A stretch of DNA of 32,000 nt from Bellilinea caldifistulae (lineage in GTDB: Bacteria; Chloroflexota; Anaerolineae; Anaerolineales; Anaerolineaceae): positions 210,001 through 242,000 of the forward strand of contig NZ_LGHJ01000011.1 in assembly GCF_001306055.1 (NCBI RefSeq), given 5' to 3'. The notes below the pieces were generated by a model. That model was not told the DNA's origin, searched no databases, and saw nothing but the letters and a program-made list of their open reading frames with translations. Both the position numbers and the translations under genes were made by a program. Positions 1 to 6,624 of the stretch are shown here, one piece after another. Numbering within the stretch: the stretch's first letter is position 1; every line of letters begins with the position of its first letter.

Positions 1-547
1 CAGCCGGCTGGATATCCCGGTGCTGTTTGTCAACCCGGTGCGTCCCGATATTACCGCCCTGGTTGCCGATAAATACCTTAAATACCCCTTCTTCCGCTGG
101 TTTGCGGTGACGGCGGGAGGCATCTGGCTCGACCGCAGCAAAGCCGACTTCACCGCTTTTGGGCAGGCGCTGGCGGTGCTGCAAGCCGGGCGGGCGCTGG
201 GAATTGCCCCCGAAGGCACCCGCAGCACAACCGCCACCCTGCTGGAAGGAAAACCCGGCACCGTACTGCTGGCGCACCGCGCCCGCGTGCCGATTGTGCC
301 GGTGGGCATCAGCGGCACGCACACTGCCCTCAAAGCCCTGCTCAAACTGCGGCGGGGTGAGATTGTGGCGCGCTTTGGCAAGCCCTTCCGCCTGCCGCCG
401 TTCTCGCGCGAAAACCGCGAAGAAGACCTGCGCCGCCAGACCGATGAGGTGATGTGCCGGATTGCCGCCCTGCTGCCGCCCGAATATCGCGGCGTGTACG
501 CCGATCACCCCCGCCTGCACGAACTGCTCGCCAGCGGCGATTACTGA
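1..547 (+). CDS. Lysophospholipid (1-acyl-sn-glycerol-3-phosphate) acyltransferase family protein, 5' end outside window
   Basis: The frame is open from the window edge to TGA at 545-547. LPLAT-type motifs are visible: SRLDIPVL at the very edge (tail of the H-x4-D block), GGIWLDR, GIAPEGTRS and VPIVPVGISG. Confidence 0.75.
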   Translation, partial: SRLDIPVLFVNPVRPDITALVADKYLKYPFFRWFAVTAGGIWLDRSKADFTAFGQALAVLQAGRALGIAPEGTRSTTATLLEGKPGTVLLAHRARVPIVPVGISGTHTALKALLKLRRGEIVARFGKPFRLPPFSRENREEDLRRQTDEVMCRIAALLPPEYRGVYADHPRLHELLASGDY

Positions 548-590
548 CCGGCTCTCAACCGCCGCATCTTTTCCCCGGAGGTTCATTCCA

Positions 591-2093
591 ATGCTGCTCC
601 CCATTTTATTTCCCGTGCTGGCGCTGCTGATCTTTGTGGCGGCTTTTCTGCTGATTCGCACCAGTTTGTTCATGCGCCTTCCCGAACCGGTTGAACCGGT
701 TGAACTGCCGGAAGTGGACGCCGAGATCGCCGCCGGTCATCTCTCGCTGGCAATTCGCGCAAAGACCATTTCCTACGATGACCAGCCGCCGGACGCCATG
801 GCCTTCTACGAACTGCACCGCACCCTGGAAACGCTCTACCCGCGCGTTCACGCCACGCTGGAACGCCAGATCGTCTCCGATTTCAGTCTGCTGTACCGCT
901 GGCGCGGCAATAACCCGGAACTGCCCGCCATCCTGTTTTGCGCCCATCTGGATGTGGTGCCGGCCGCCGAGGACAGCCTTTCTCAGTGGCAGCACCCGCC
1001 TTTCAGCGGCGAGATCGCCGAGGAGCAGGTGTGGGGACGTGGCGCGCTGGATGTCAAGGGGCAGTTGATTGCCCTCATGGAAGCCGCCGAGGGGTTGATT
1101 AAAGCCGGTTTTCAACCCGAACGCACCCTCTACTTTGCCTTCGGCGAGGATGAGGAAGCCGGCGGGCGACGTGGCGCCGCGCGGATTGCCGCTTTGCTGG
1201 CCGAGCGCGGCGAGTCACTCGAAGCCGTGCTGGACGAGGGCGGCGCCATTGTACAGGGGACTTTACCGGGCGTCGAATTGCCGGTTGCGCTGATCGGCAT
1301 TGGCGAAAAGGGCTACCTGACCCTGCGCCTGCGGGTTGAGCAGCCCGGCGGACATTCGTCCGCCCCGCCGCCCAGCACCGCCATTGGCATCCTTTCGCGT
1401 GCCATTACCGCCATCGAAGACCATCCCTTCCCGGCAAGGAGCGTCTTTCTGCGCGAAACCTTCCGCGCCATCGGGGCCGCCGCCTCGCCGGCGCTCCAGT
1501 TGATTTTTGCCAACTCGTGGCTGTTTGACGGACTGCTCAAACGCCGCCTTTCGGCAGACCCGAAAACCAACGCCGCCATCCGTACCACCGCCGCGGTGAC
1601 GATGACGCGCGGCGGCGTCAAAGAAAACGTCCTGCCGCCGGCCGCCGAGGCGGTGGTCAACCTGCGCCTCATGCCGGGGGATACCATCGAATCGGCCGTT
1701 GAGCATGTCCGCCGGGCGGTAAACGATCAGAATGTCCAGATTGAGGTCATTCCCCACGGCTCGTGGGAAGCCACCCCGCTAACTTCACCGGACAGCCCGG
1801 CATACGAGAGCCTCAGCCGCGCCGTGCGCGAGGTCTTCCCCGGCGTCATCACCGCCCCCTATCTGGTGATGGGCGCCACCGACGCCCGTTATTACACGGG
1901 TCTGTGTGAAAACGTCCTGCGCCTGACCCCCCTGGTGATGACCCGCGAGGATCTGGACAGCATCCACAGCATCAACGAGCGCATCAGCGTTGCCGCTGTG
2001 GGACGGATGGTGCAGTTTTACCAGCATCTGATCCGGCTGTGGTGCGGCGCTGATGAACCACGCCGACCAGAGGACGCAAACGCGGACGATTAA
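591..2093 (+). CDS. M20 family metallopeptidase (carboxypeptidase/dipeptidase-like) with N-terminal membrane anchor
   Basis: M20 motifs AHLDVVPA, WGRGALDVKG and FGEDEEAGG are present. I prefer the ATG at 591 (MLLPILFPVLALLIF..., hydrophobic anchor), which has GGAGG 10 nt upstream, over the track start at 462, which overlaps the upstream gene. Confidence 0.85.
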   Translation: MLLPILFPVLALLIFVAAFLLIRTSLFMRLPEPVEPVELPEVDAEIAAGHLSLAIRAKTISYDDQPPDAMAFYELHRTLETLYPRVHATLERQIVSDFSLLYRWRGNNPELPAILFCAHLDVVPAAEDSLSQWQHPPFSGEIAEEQVWGRGALDVKGQLIALMEAAEGLIKAGFQPERTLYFAFGEDEEAGGRRGAARIAALLAERGESLEAVLDEGGAIVQGTLPGVELPVALIGIGEKGYLTLRLRVEQPGGHSSAPPPSTAIGILSRAITAIEDHPFPARSVFLRETFRAIGAAASPALQLIFANSWLFDGLLKRRLSADPKTNAAIRTTAAVTMTRGGVKENVLPPAAEAVVNLRLMPGDTIESAVEHVRRAVNDQNVQIEVIPHGSWEATPLTSPDSPAYESLSRAVREVFPGVITAPYLVMGATDARYYTGLCENVLRLTPLVMTREDLDSIHSINERISVAAVGRMVQFYQHLIRLWCGADEPRRPEDANADD

Positions 2094-2698
2094 TGATCAC
2101 CACCCGCCCATTGCGCCTGACTCTGCCGCTGACGCTGGTGTTGATCGGCGTGGTGACTGCCCTTGGCCCCTCCGAACGGACGCTGGGCGCTAATTTGCGG
2201 CTGGTGTTGCTGCACGGGGCGTGGGTGTGGAGCGGCAAGCTGCTTTTTGCGGCCGCCGGTCTGTGCGGGCTGGCAGCGCTGATCCGCCCGGCTGGCTGGG
2301 CGGACTGGTCGCGCGCCCTCGCTTCCAGCGGCCTGCTCTTCTGGCTGACCTACCTGCCCATGTCGCTGCTGGTGCAGCAACAAAACTGGGGCGGCATTTT
2401 CTGGGATGAGCCGCGCTGGCGCATTCCCTTCACCTTTGGGGTGGTGGCGGTCTTGTTACAAAGCGGACTGGCGGTGCTGAATCAGCCGCGCCTGACCGGT
2501 CTGGCGAACGCCGGCTTTGGGCTGGCGCTCTGGCTGGCGCTGGGCGGCGCCGAAAACATCCTCCACCCCCAGTCGCCGGTGGCGCAGTCCGCTTCGCCCG
2601 TCATCCGGCTGACCTTTGGGCTGCTGCTGGGGCTGGCGCTGCTGACCGGCGCGCAGATTGCCGTGTGGTTTCGCTTTACCCCCCGCAAAGCCGTATGA
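2093..2698 (+). CDS. Polytopic membrane protein of unknown function with a Trp-rich WGGIFWDEPRW motif (possible CcmC/CcsA-like relationship)
   Basis: 201 aa with about 6 hydrophobic segments. The ATG overlaps the upstream TAA (TAATGA at 2091-2096). The WG-x3-WD-x-P-R-W motif resembles the WWD motif of cytochrome c assembly proteins. The functional call is weak. Confidence 0.6.
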   Translation: MITTRPLRLTLPLTLVLIGVVTALGPSERTLGANLRLVLLHGAWVWSGKLLFAAAGLCGLAALIRPAGWADWSRALASSGLLFWLTYLPMSLLVQQQNWGGIFWDEPRWRIPFTFGVVAVLLQSGLAVLNQPRLTGLANAGFGLALWLALGGAENILHPQSPVAQSASPVIRLTFGLLLGLALLTGAQIAVWFRFTPRKAV

Positions 2699-3909
2699 AA
2701 TCCCCGCATTCACCCGGCCTGACCCCGCAGGTAGTCCTGTTCACGCTGATTCGCAGCGTGCTGAACACCAGTTACCGGATGGTGTACCCCTACCTGTCGC
2801 TCTTTCAAAGCGGGCTGGGAGTTGGGCTGCCGGCCGTCTCGCTGGTGCTGACGCTCCGCTCGCTGATCACCTTTGCCGGGCCGTTTCTCTCCCCGATTGC
2901 CGACCGCTACGGGCGGCGGGTGAGCATGTTGCTGGGGATGGGGCTGTTCACGTTCGGCGCGCTGATGGTCGTCTGGCTGCCGGATTTCCGCGGCTTCGCC
3001 GTCAGCCTGCCGCTGATGGCCCTGGCTTACATCATTTTCCTGCCGGCCATGCAGGCTTACCTCGGCGACCGGGTGGCGTACGAACGCCGCGGGCGGGTGA
3101 TGGGCATCACCGAACTGTCGTGGTCGCTGTCGTTCATCTTCGGCGTGCCGCTGGTGGGGGCGCTGCTGGGGCGCAGCGGGGCGTGGCAGTCGCCTTTCCT
3201 GCCGCTGGCGCTGCTGGGCGGGGTGAGCCTGCTGGCGTTGTGGCGCATTCTGCCGGCCGACCGGCCGGCCGGTCAGACCGGGCCGGCCGCCGCTGCCTCC
3301 CTGCCGCTCGGCCGCCTGGTGCAGTCGCCCGCGGCGCGCGCCGGCCTGCTCACCTTTTTGCTGTTGACGGCCGCCAACGAGACGGTCAATCTGGTGTTCG
3401 GTTTGTGGCTGGAGCAGCGTTTCAACTTTCAACTGGCGGCGCTGGGAGCCGCCGCGGTGCTCATCGGGCTTTCCGAGATGGGCGGCGAGGGGCTTTCGGC
3501 CTGGCTGGTGGACCGCCTGGGCAAGGTCTGGTCGGTGCGCGCCGGACTGCTGGTCAACCTGCTGGCAGCCGGGGTGATGTACGGGCTGGGCGGCCAGGCC
3601 TGGGGCGCCCTGACCGGTCTGTTTTTGTTTTACCTGTCGTTTGAGTTTTCGCTGGTTTCGCTGCTGCCGTTGATGAGCGAAACCCTGCCCGAACTGCGCG
3701 CCACGGTGATGGCCGGTACGCTGGCGATGGGTGCGCTCGGCCGGGCGGTGGGGACTCAGCTGGCTCCGCTGTTGTTCAACGGGGTGGGCATGGGGGGAAA
3801 TTTGCTGGCGGCGCTGGCGATGAACCTGCTGGCGTTCTGGCTGGTGCAGCGGGTGCAGGTGCGGGTGGCGGTTCGCCCGCCCGGTAAAACGGCTGGGGAC
3901 TACGCCTGA
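2695..3909 (+). CDS. MFS transporter
   Basis: About 12 hydrophobic segments, with the MFS loop motif PIADRYGRR between TM2 and TM3. The ATG at 2695 overlaps the upstream TGA (ATGA), which suggests translational coupling. The track start at 2665 is also possible. Confidence 0.8.
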   Translation: MKSPHSPGLTPQVVLFTLIRSVLNTSYRMVYPYLSLFQSGLGVGLPAVSLVLTLRSLITFAGPFLSPIADRYGRRVSMLLGMGLFTFGALMVVWLPDFRGFAVSLPLMALAYIIFLPAMQAYLGDRVAYERRGRVMGITELSWSLSFIFGVPLVGALLGRSGAWQSPFLPLALLGGVSLLALWRILPADRPAGQTGPAAAASLPLGRLVQSPAARAGLLTFLLLTAANETVNLVFGLWLEQRFNFQLAALGAAAVLIGLSEMGGEGLSAWLVDRLGKVWSVRAGLLVNLLAAGVMYGLGGQAWGALTGLFLFYLSFEFSLVSLLPLMSETLPELRATVMAGTLAMGALGRAVGTQLAPLLFNGVGMGGNLLAALAMNLLAFWLVQRVQVRVAVRPPGKTAGDYA

Positions 3910-3916
3910 CCCGTCC

Positions 3917-4126
3917 CGGATGCGGACTGCCGTCCCCTTCGATGACCGGTCGGCGGCGCGCTGCGCCGAAATCTACACTGAATTGACCGCTGGGATGCTG
4001 GACGCGGCAATGCGCACCCAAGCAGCGGTGAGCGCGTAGGTGCGCCCGTAAACGCCGTTCGGCGCGGGTGAGGTTTTGACGCAGGCTTTTTGCTCGCTGG
4101 CGGGTAACCGGCGGGGTGCGGGGCAC
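3917..4126 (-). pseudogene. Truncated DUF559 (Vsr-like endonuclease domain) remnant
   Basis: The minus-frame translation RAKSLRQNLTRAERRLRAHLRAHRCLGAHCRVQHPSGQFSVDFGAARRRPVIEGDGSPH follows the DUF559 pattern (LRxNxTxAExxLWxxLR...FRRQxPIGxYIVDF...xIELDGxxH). The similarity ends where the MFS gene 3' end begins, so the C-terminal half is missing. Confidence 0.45.
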
Positions 4127-4255
4127 ATGGCAACGGCAGGTTTGGGCAAAAGTTTTGATTGTGGGAAGGGGGTTGTGCTTTGTGCGGTGTGGTTGAAGGC
4201 GTCCCCCTCGCGCCTGCGGTCGCTTGCGGCGGGCAGGGGTAATTGGTTCGGGCTG

Positions 4256-4311
4256 CCTCCTCCCCCTAATAAAAAATCGCTTCTGCGATTTTGGGGAGGC
4301 GCAGGAGGGGG
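4256..4311. repeat. Dispersed hairpin repeat module (CCCC-A-rich-ATCGC loop GCGAT-T-rich-GGGGAGG-GCAGG), copy 1; possible weak minus-strand terminator
   Basis: The stem AAAATCGC (4273-4280) / GCGATTTT (4285-4292) has a 4-nt loop and is flanked by CCCC/GGGG. The module is closely similar to 27372-27420. Read on the minus strand, the 3' arm runs into TTTTTTATTA. Confidence 0.6.
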
Positions 4312-4315
4312 TGGG

Positions 4316-4351
4316 GTATTAATGCCCTTACGGGCATTTGTTGATTCGGAC
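4316..4351 (-). CRISPR. Solitary CRISPR repeat copy, detached from the array by 528 nt
   Basis: GTATTAATGCCCTTACGGGCATTTGTTGATTCGGAC matches the array consensus at 35 of 36 positions (C to A at position 3) and lies in the same orientation. Confidence 0.85.
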
Positions 4352-4354
4352 GCG

Positions 4355-4768
4355 TCACGTCTCTGACAGCCAGCGGCGCAGGCGATGAAGACCTCGTATA
4401 AGTCGGTCGATGAAATCTCCTTCATTTTCAGTACCTCCTTCTTCTGGTGTATTTTGTTCTTGCTCTTCTGTTTCCTTTTCCGCAGGAACTTCACTTTGTT
4501 TTGGATAGATTCGATCCAGCAAATTGTTGTATAAGCACGCCAGGGAGTGATATTCGGTGAGAAGGCGTGAATATTGCGGCCACATCATTCTTGCATCAAT
4601 GGTTGGCGAGCCCCTGCCAGACCACTGCATCGCAAAAATGAACTGGTAGTTGGACAATTGTTCCCTAAGCTCAATGAGCCTGTTCTCATATTTGTGGAGA
4701 AACAAGCCGTACTGTTTGAAGTAATAGTCCATTATTTCCTGGGAGATGTAGGGGTTGTTTTCCGTCAT
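4355..4768 (-). CDS. Hypothetical protein (137 aa) embedded between CRISPR repeats; no family recognised
   Basis: Intact ORF with GGAGG 7 nt upstream of the ATG (minus-strand AAATGGAGGCCGCAAATG). The TGA lies 3 nt from the solitary repeat. GC is about 40-45% on three 60-nt lines I counted, well below the flanks. The predicted protein has a helical N-terminal part, an acidic E/T-rich linker and a basic amphipathic tail. Confidence 0.7.
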   Translation of the reverse strand: MTENNPYISQEIMDYYFKQYGLFLHKYENRLIELREQLSNYQFIFAMQWSGRGSPTIDARMMWPQYSRLLTEYHSLACLYNNLLDRIYPKQSEVPAEKETEEQEQNTPEEGGTENEGDFIDRLIRGLHRLRRWLSET

Positions 4769-4779
4769 TTGCGGCCTCC

Positions 4780-4807
4780 ATTTCCGATCGGAAATCGGGC
4801 GCCCGAT
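4780..4807. promoter_or_regulatory. Two overlapping perfect palindromes immediately upstream of the embedded ORF RBS
   Basis: ATTTCCGATCGGAAAT (4780-4795, 16 nt) and ATCGGGCGCCCGAT (4794-4807, 14 nt) are both self-complementary. They sit directly 5' of the GGAGG of the 4768 ORF. Confidence 0.4.
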
Positions 4808-4879
4808 TGTTCGCGCGCCAGTTTATCCACGATGATATTGTTGCCGGTGTGGGCTATGGTGTAGCAAAACTCGACCTCG

Positions 4880-5663
4880 GTCTTAATGCCCTTATGGGCA
4901 TTTGTTGATTCGGACTGAGCAAAATTGTTTTACCCCCTGACCTAACAATCAATGCGTCTTAATGCCCTTACGGGCATTTGTTGATTCGGACTTATGGCTG
5001 AATACGAAATACTTGATGATTTTGCAAAGGTCTTAATGCCCTTACGGGCATTTGTTGATTCGGACGGAGTCAGCAGATTTATTGCTCCACAAAACACTGG
5101 TAGGTCTTAATGCCCTTACGGGCATTTGTTGATTCGGACTCAGGGTAAGACACACGGAGACAGAACCAGGATACGTCTTAATGCCCTTACGGGCATTTGT
5201 TGATTCGGACCAAACTGGGTTATCGCTTTTTTTGCGTTAATCGCATTCGTCAGTCTTAATGCCCTTACGGGTATTTGTTTATTCGGACCTTGTTAAGATA
5301 CCTCTCCTCCCCCCGTTGAAAGGCTGTCCGTCTTAATGCCCTTACGGGCATTTGTTGATTCGGACGATATTCGGAGAAGAACGTTTCAACAGACTATATC
5401 AGGGTCTTAATGCCCTTATGGGCATTTGTTGATTCGGACAATCGAAACAACCTTCTTGTTATCCGTACTACTGTTATTCCGTCTTAATGCCCTTACGGGC
5501 ATTTGTTGATTCGGACTCCGGAATCGGCCGCAGCACAGTCGGTCGGGGGCGCTCCGTCTTAATGCCCTTACGGGCATTTGTTGATTCGGACTGTTCAATG
5601 AAGTCTGTGATTGGAGCAATCCGCGAGGTCTTAATGCCCTTACGGGCATTTGTTGATTCGGAC
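4880..5663 (-). CRISPR. CRISPR array, 11 repeats of 36 nt and 10 spacers; no cas genes in the window
   Basis: The repeat (plus-strand reading) is GTCTTAATGCCCTTACGGGCATTTGTTGATTCGGAC. Copies start at 4880, 4956, 5030, 5104, 5175, 5253, 5330, 5404, 5481, 5556 and 5628. Spacers are unique and measure 40, 38, 38, 35, 42, 41, 38, 41, 39 and 36 nt. Variant repeats: 4880 and 5404 carry a loop C to T change, and 5253 carries two substitutions. The strand call is inferred from three points. The reverse complement GTCCGAATCAACAAATGCCCGTAAGGGCATTAAGAC places the hairpin near the 3' end and ends in ATTAAGAC, which resembles an ATTGAAAC-type handle. An AT-rich leader with a promoter lies at 5664-5760. 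A variant repeat sits at the far end. Confidence 0.97.
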
Positions 5664-5724
5664 TGCTGACTCGCTCCTGCTTTTTTCGGAATTTTTCCGA
5701 TACTTATCCGAACCGTATGCCACC

Positions 5725-5753
5725 ATACTATCATTTTCTGCGCTAAAAATCAA
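5725..5753 (-). promoter_or_regulatory. Candidate sigma70-type promoter in the CRISPR leader, reading into the array
   Basis: The minus strand reads TTGATT (5753-5748), then 17 nt, then TAGTAT (5730-5725), with TG one base upstream of the -10 (extended -10 type). It lies about 60 nt upstream of the first repeat at 5663. Confidence 0.4.
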
Positions 5754-5803
5754 CCATTTCTGGCAAAAAATTTCCCTTTCCGTACAATTTTAATCTTTGT
5801 TGC

Positions 5804-5854
5804 GTACCCCCCTCCTGAAATTGGTATTTTTTCGGTGGAATGGAGAGGGGGTAC
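5804..5854 (-). terminator. GC-rich hairpin downstream of the GT2 gene (candidate operon terminator/insulator before the CRISPR leader)
   Basis: GTACCCCCCTCC (5804-5815) pairs with GGAGAGGGGGTAC (5842-5854), giving 12 bp with one bulged A and a 26-nt loop. It lies 27 nt past the stop at 5881. There is no canonical U-tract after the stem, so the terminator call is weak. Confidence 0.3.
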
Positions 5855-5880
5855 ACATAATCTATGCGCAATTACTCCCC

Positions 5881-6624
5881 TCACGGGCTGGCCAGCGGAC
5901 GCTTCTGGCGCAGGTCACGGTACAGCCACAGCAGCAGCCACGTCCGGTAGGCGGCTTCCACCTGAATCCGCAAGGACATCTTCGACTGCCCCCAGCGCCG
6001 GTCGGCAAAGTGAATCGGAATCTCGCGGGCGCGGAAGCCGAGCAGATGGGCGGCGTAAATCATCTCCACCTGAAAGATGTAGCCGTTCGAACGCACCCGT
6101 TCGAGCGGCATGCGTTTGAGCGTCTCGCGCCGCCACAGGCGAAAACCGCCGGTCACATCCCGCACCGGAATGCCCAGAATGGTGCGGGCGTAAAAATTGC
6201 CGAACGCCGAAAGCCCCCTGCGCCAGAACGGCCAGCGTTCGTCCAGGCTGCCGCCCGGCACATACCGCGAACCCAGCGCCACATCGCACTCTTCCAGCGC
6301 CTGCGCCAGTTCCACAATCTTCTCCGGCGGGTGCGAAAAGTCGGCGTCCATCTGGCAAACCGCCTCGGCTCCCAGGTTGAGGGCGCGCTCAAAGCCCTGG
6401 ATGTAGGCGCTGCCCAGCCCCAGTTTGCCGGAGCGGTGCAGCACGGACATGCGTCCGCCGGAGCGGGCGGCCAGCCGCTCGGCAATCTCGCCGCTGCCGT
6501 CCGGGCTGTTGTCGTCCACAATCAGCAGCGAAAGTTCGGGCATCGGCAGGCTGAACAGGCGCTCGGTCAACACGGGCAGGTTTTCGGCTTCATTATAGGT
6601 GGGGATGACAACGGTAATTTTCAT
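5881..6624 (-). CDS. GT2 family polyprenol/dolichol-phosphate mannosyltransferase-like glycosyltransferase
   Basis: MKITVVIPTYNEAENL..., LLIVDDNSPDGS, QMDADFSHPP and GSRYVPGG are typical of Ppm1/Dpm1-like GT2 enzymes. The ATG at 6624 overlaps the upstream stop (ATGA). The track start at 6708 would overlap the upstream gene. Confidence 0.85.
   Translation of the reverse strand: MKITVVIPTYNEAENLPVLTERLFSLPMPELSLLIVDDNSPDGSGEIAERLAARSGGRMSVLHRSGKLGLGSAYIQGFERALNLGAEAVCQMDADFSHPPEKIVELAQALEECDVALGSRYVPGGSLDERWPFWRRGLSAFGNFYARTILGIPVRDVTGGFRLWRRETLKRMPLERVRSNGYIFQVEMIYAAHLLGFRAREIPIHFADRRWGQSKMSLRIQVEAAYRTWLLLWLYRDLRQKRPLASP

Noticed and set aside
462-590. N-terminal extensions implied by the longest track ORFs: 462 for the M20 peptidase, 6708 for GT2, 8568 for Roadblock, 24241 for LysM, 24802 for CBS, 25748 for surE, 27151 for the Cys-rich gene, 30427 for VWA, 21455 for SDR.
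   Set aside because: The extensions overlap upstream genes or intergenic DNA, lack RBSs and encode non-homologous low-complexity sequence. Internal starts with SD sequences coincide with the conserved protein N-termini.
2658-3644. Long alternative-frame and antisense ORFs inside high-GC genes. Examples: 2658-3644 plus, 2710-3432 minus, 5797-6651 plus, 6732-7529 plus, 7495-8151 plus, 9716-10243 minus, 12276-13079 plus, 14227-15057 minus, 16422-17150 minus, 23015-23494 minus, 25449-26264 plus, 29156-29686 plus, 29253-29921 minus.
   Set aside because: Each overlaps a CDS with clear family motifs. Their translations are Arg/Pro/Ala/Gly-rich low-complexity sequence typical of shadow ORFs in high-GC DNA, and they lack RBSs.
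4316-4351. The solitary repeat as a tracrRNA anti-repeat, transcribed from the plus strand and so complementary to minus-strand crRNA.
   Set aside because: 35/36 identity would give an almost perfect duplex, unlike the bulged, imperfect anti-repeats of type II/V systems. No cas9/cas12 gene is in the window, and no promoter or terminator pair frames a plus-strand RNA here. This cannot be fully excluded without transcript data.
3973-4494. 173-aa minus ORF and 96-aa plus ORF (4076-4366) spanning the solitary repeat and the hairpin repeat module.
   Set aside because: They cross the CRISPR repeat copy and the REP-like module and overlap the better-supported 4355-4768 ORF. Their low-complexity G/P/A-rich translations are typical of repeat-derived artefacts.
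4355-4768. The embedded ORF as an IS200/IS605 TnpA. Its size of about 137 aa and the nearby palindromes would fit subterminal hairpins.
   Set aside because: No HUH motif or catalytic Tyr context is visible. The sequence looks all-helical with an acidic linker, and there is only one palindrome cluster rather than left and right end structures.
4836-4860. A possible degenerate repeat remnant (ATATTGTTGCCGGTG against the repeat segment ATTTGTTGATTCGGAC) between the ORF and repeat 1.
   Set aside because: Only the TTGTTG core and a CGG/CCGG element align, and the remaining roughly 20 nt of the repeat have no counterpart. This is too weak to call.
5416-5734. Three track ORFs (5416-5649 minus, 5474-5734 minus, 5487-5669 plus) with internally repetitive translations such as MPLRAFVDSD and ESTNARKGIKT.
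   Set aside because: They are read straight through the CRISPR repeats. The repetitive peptide motifs are translations of the 36-nt repeat, not genes.
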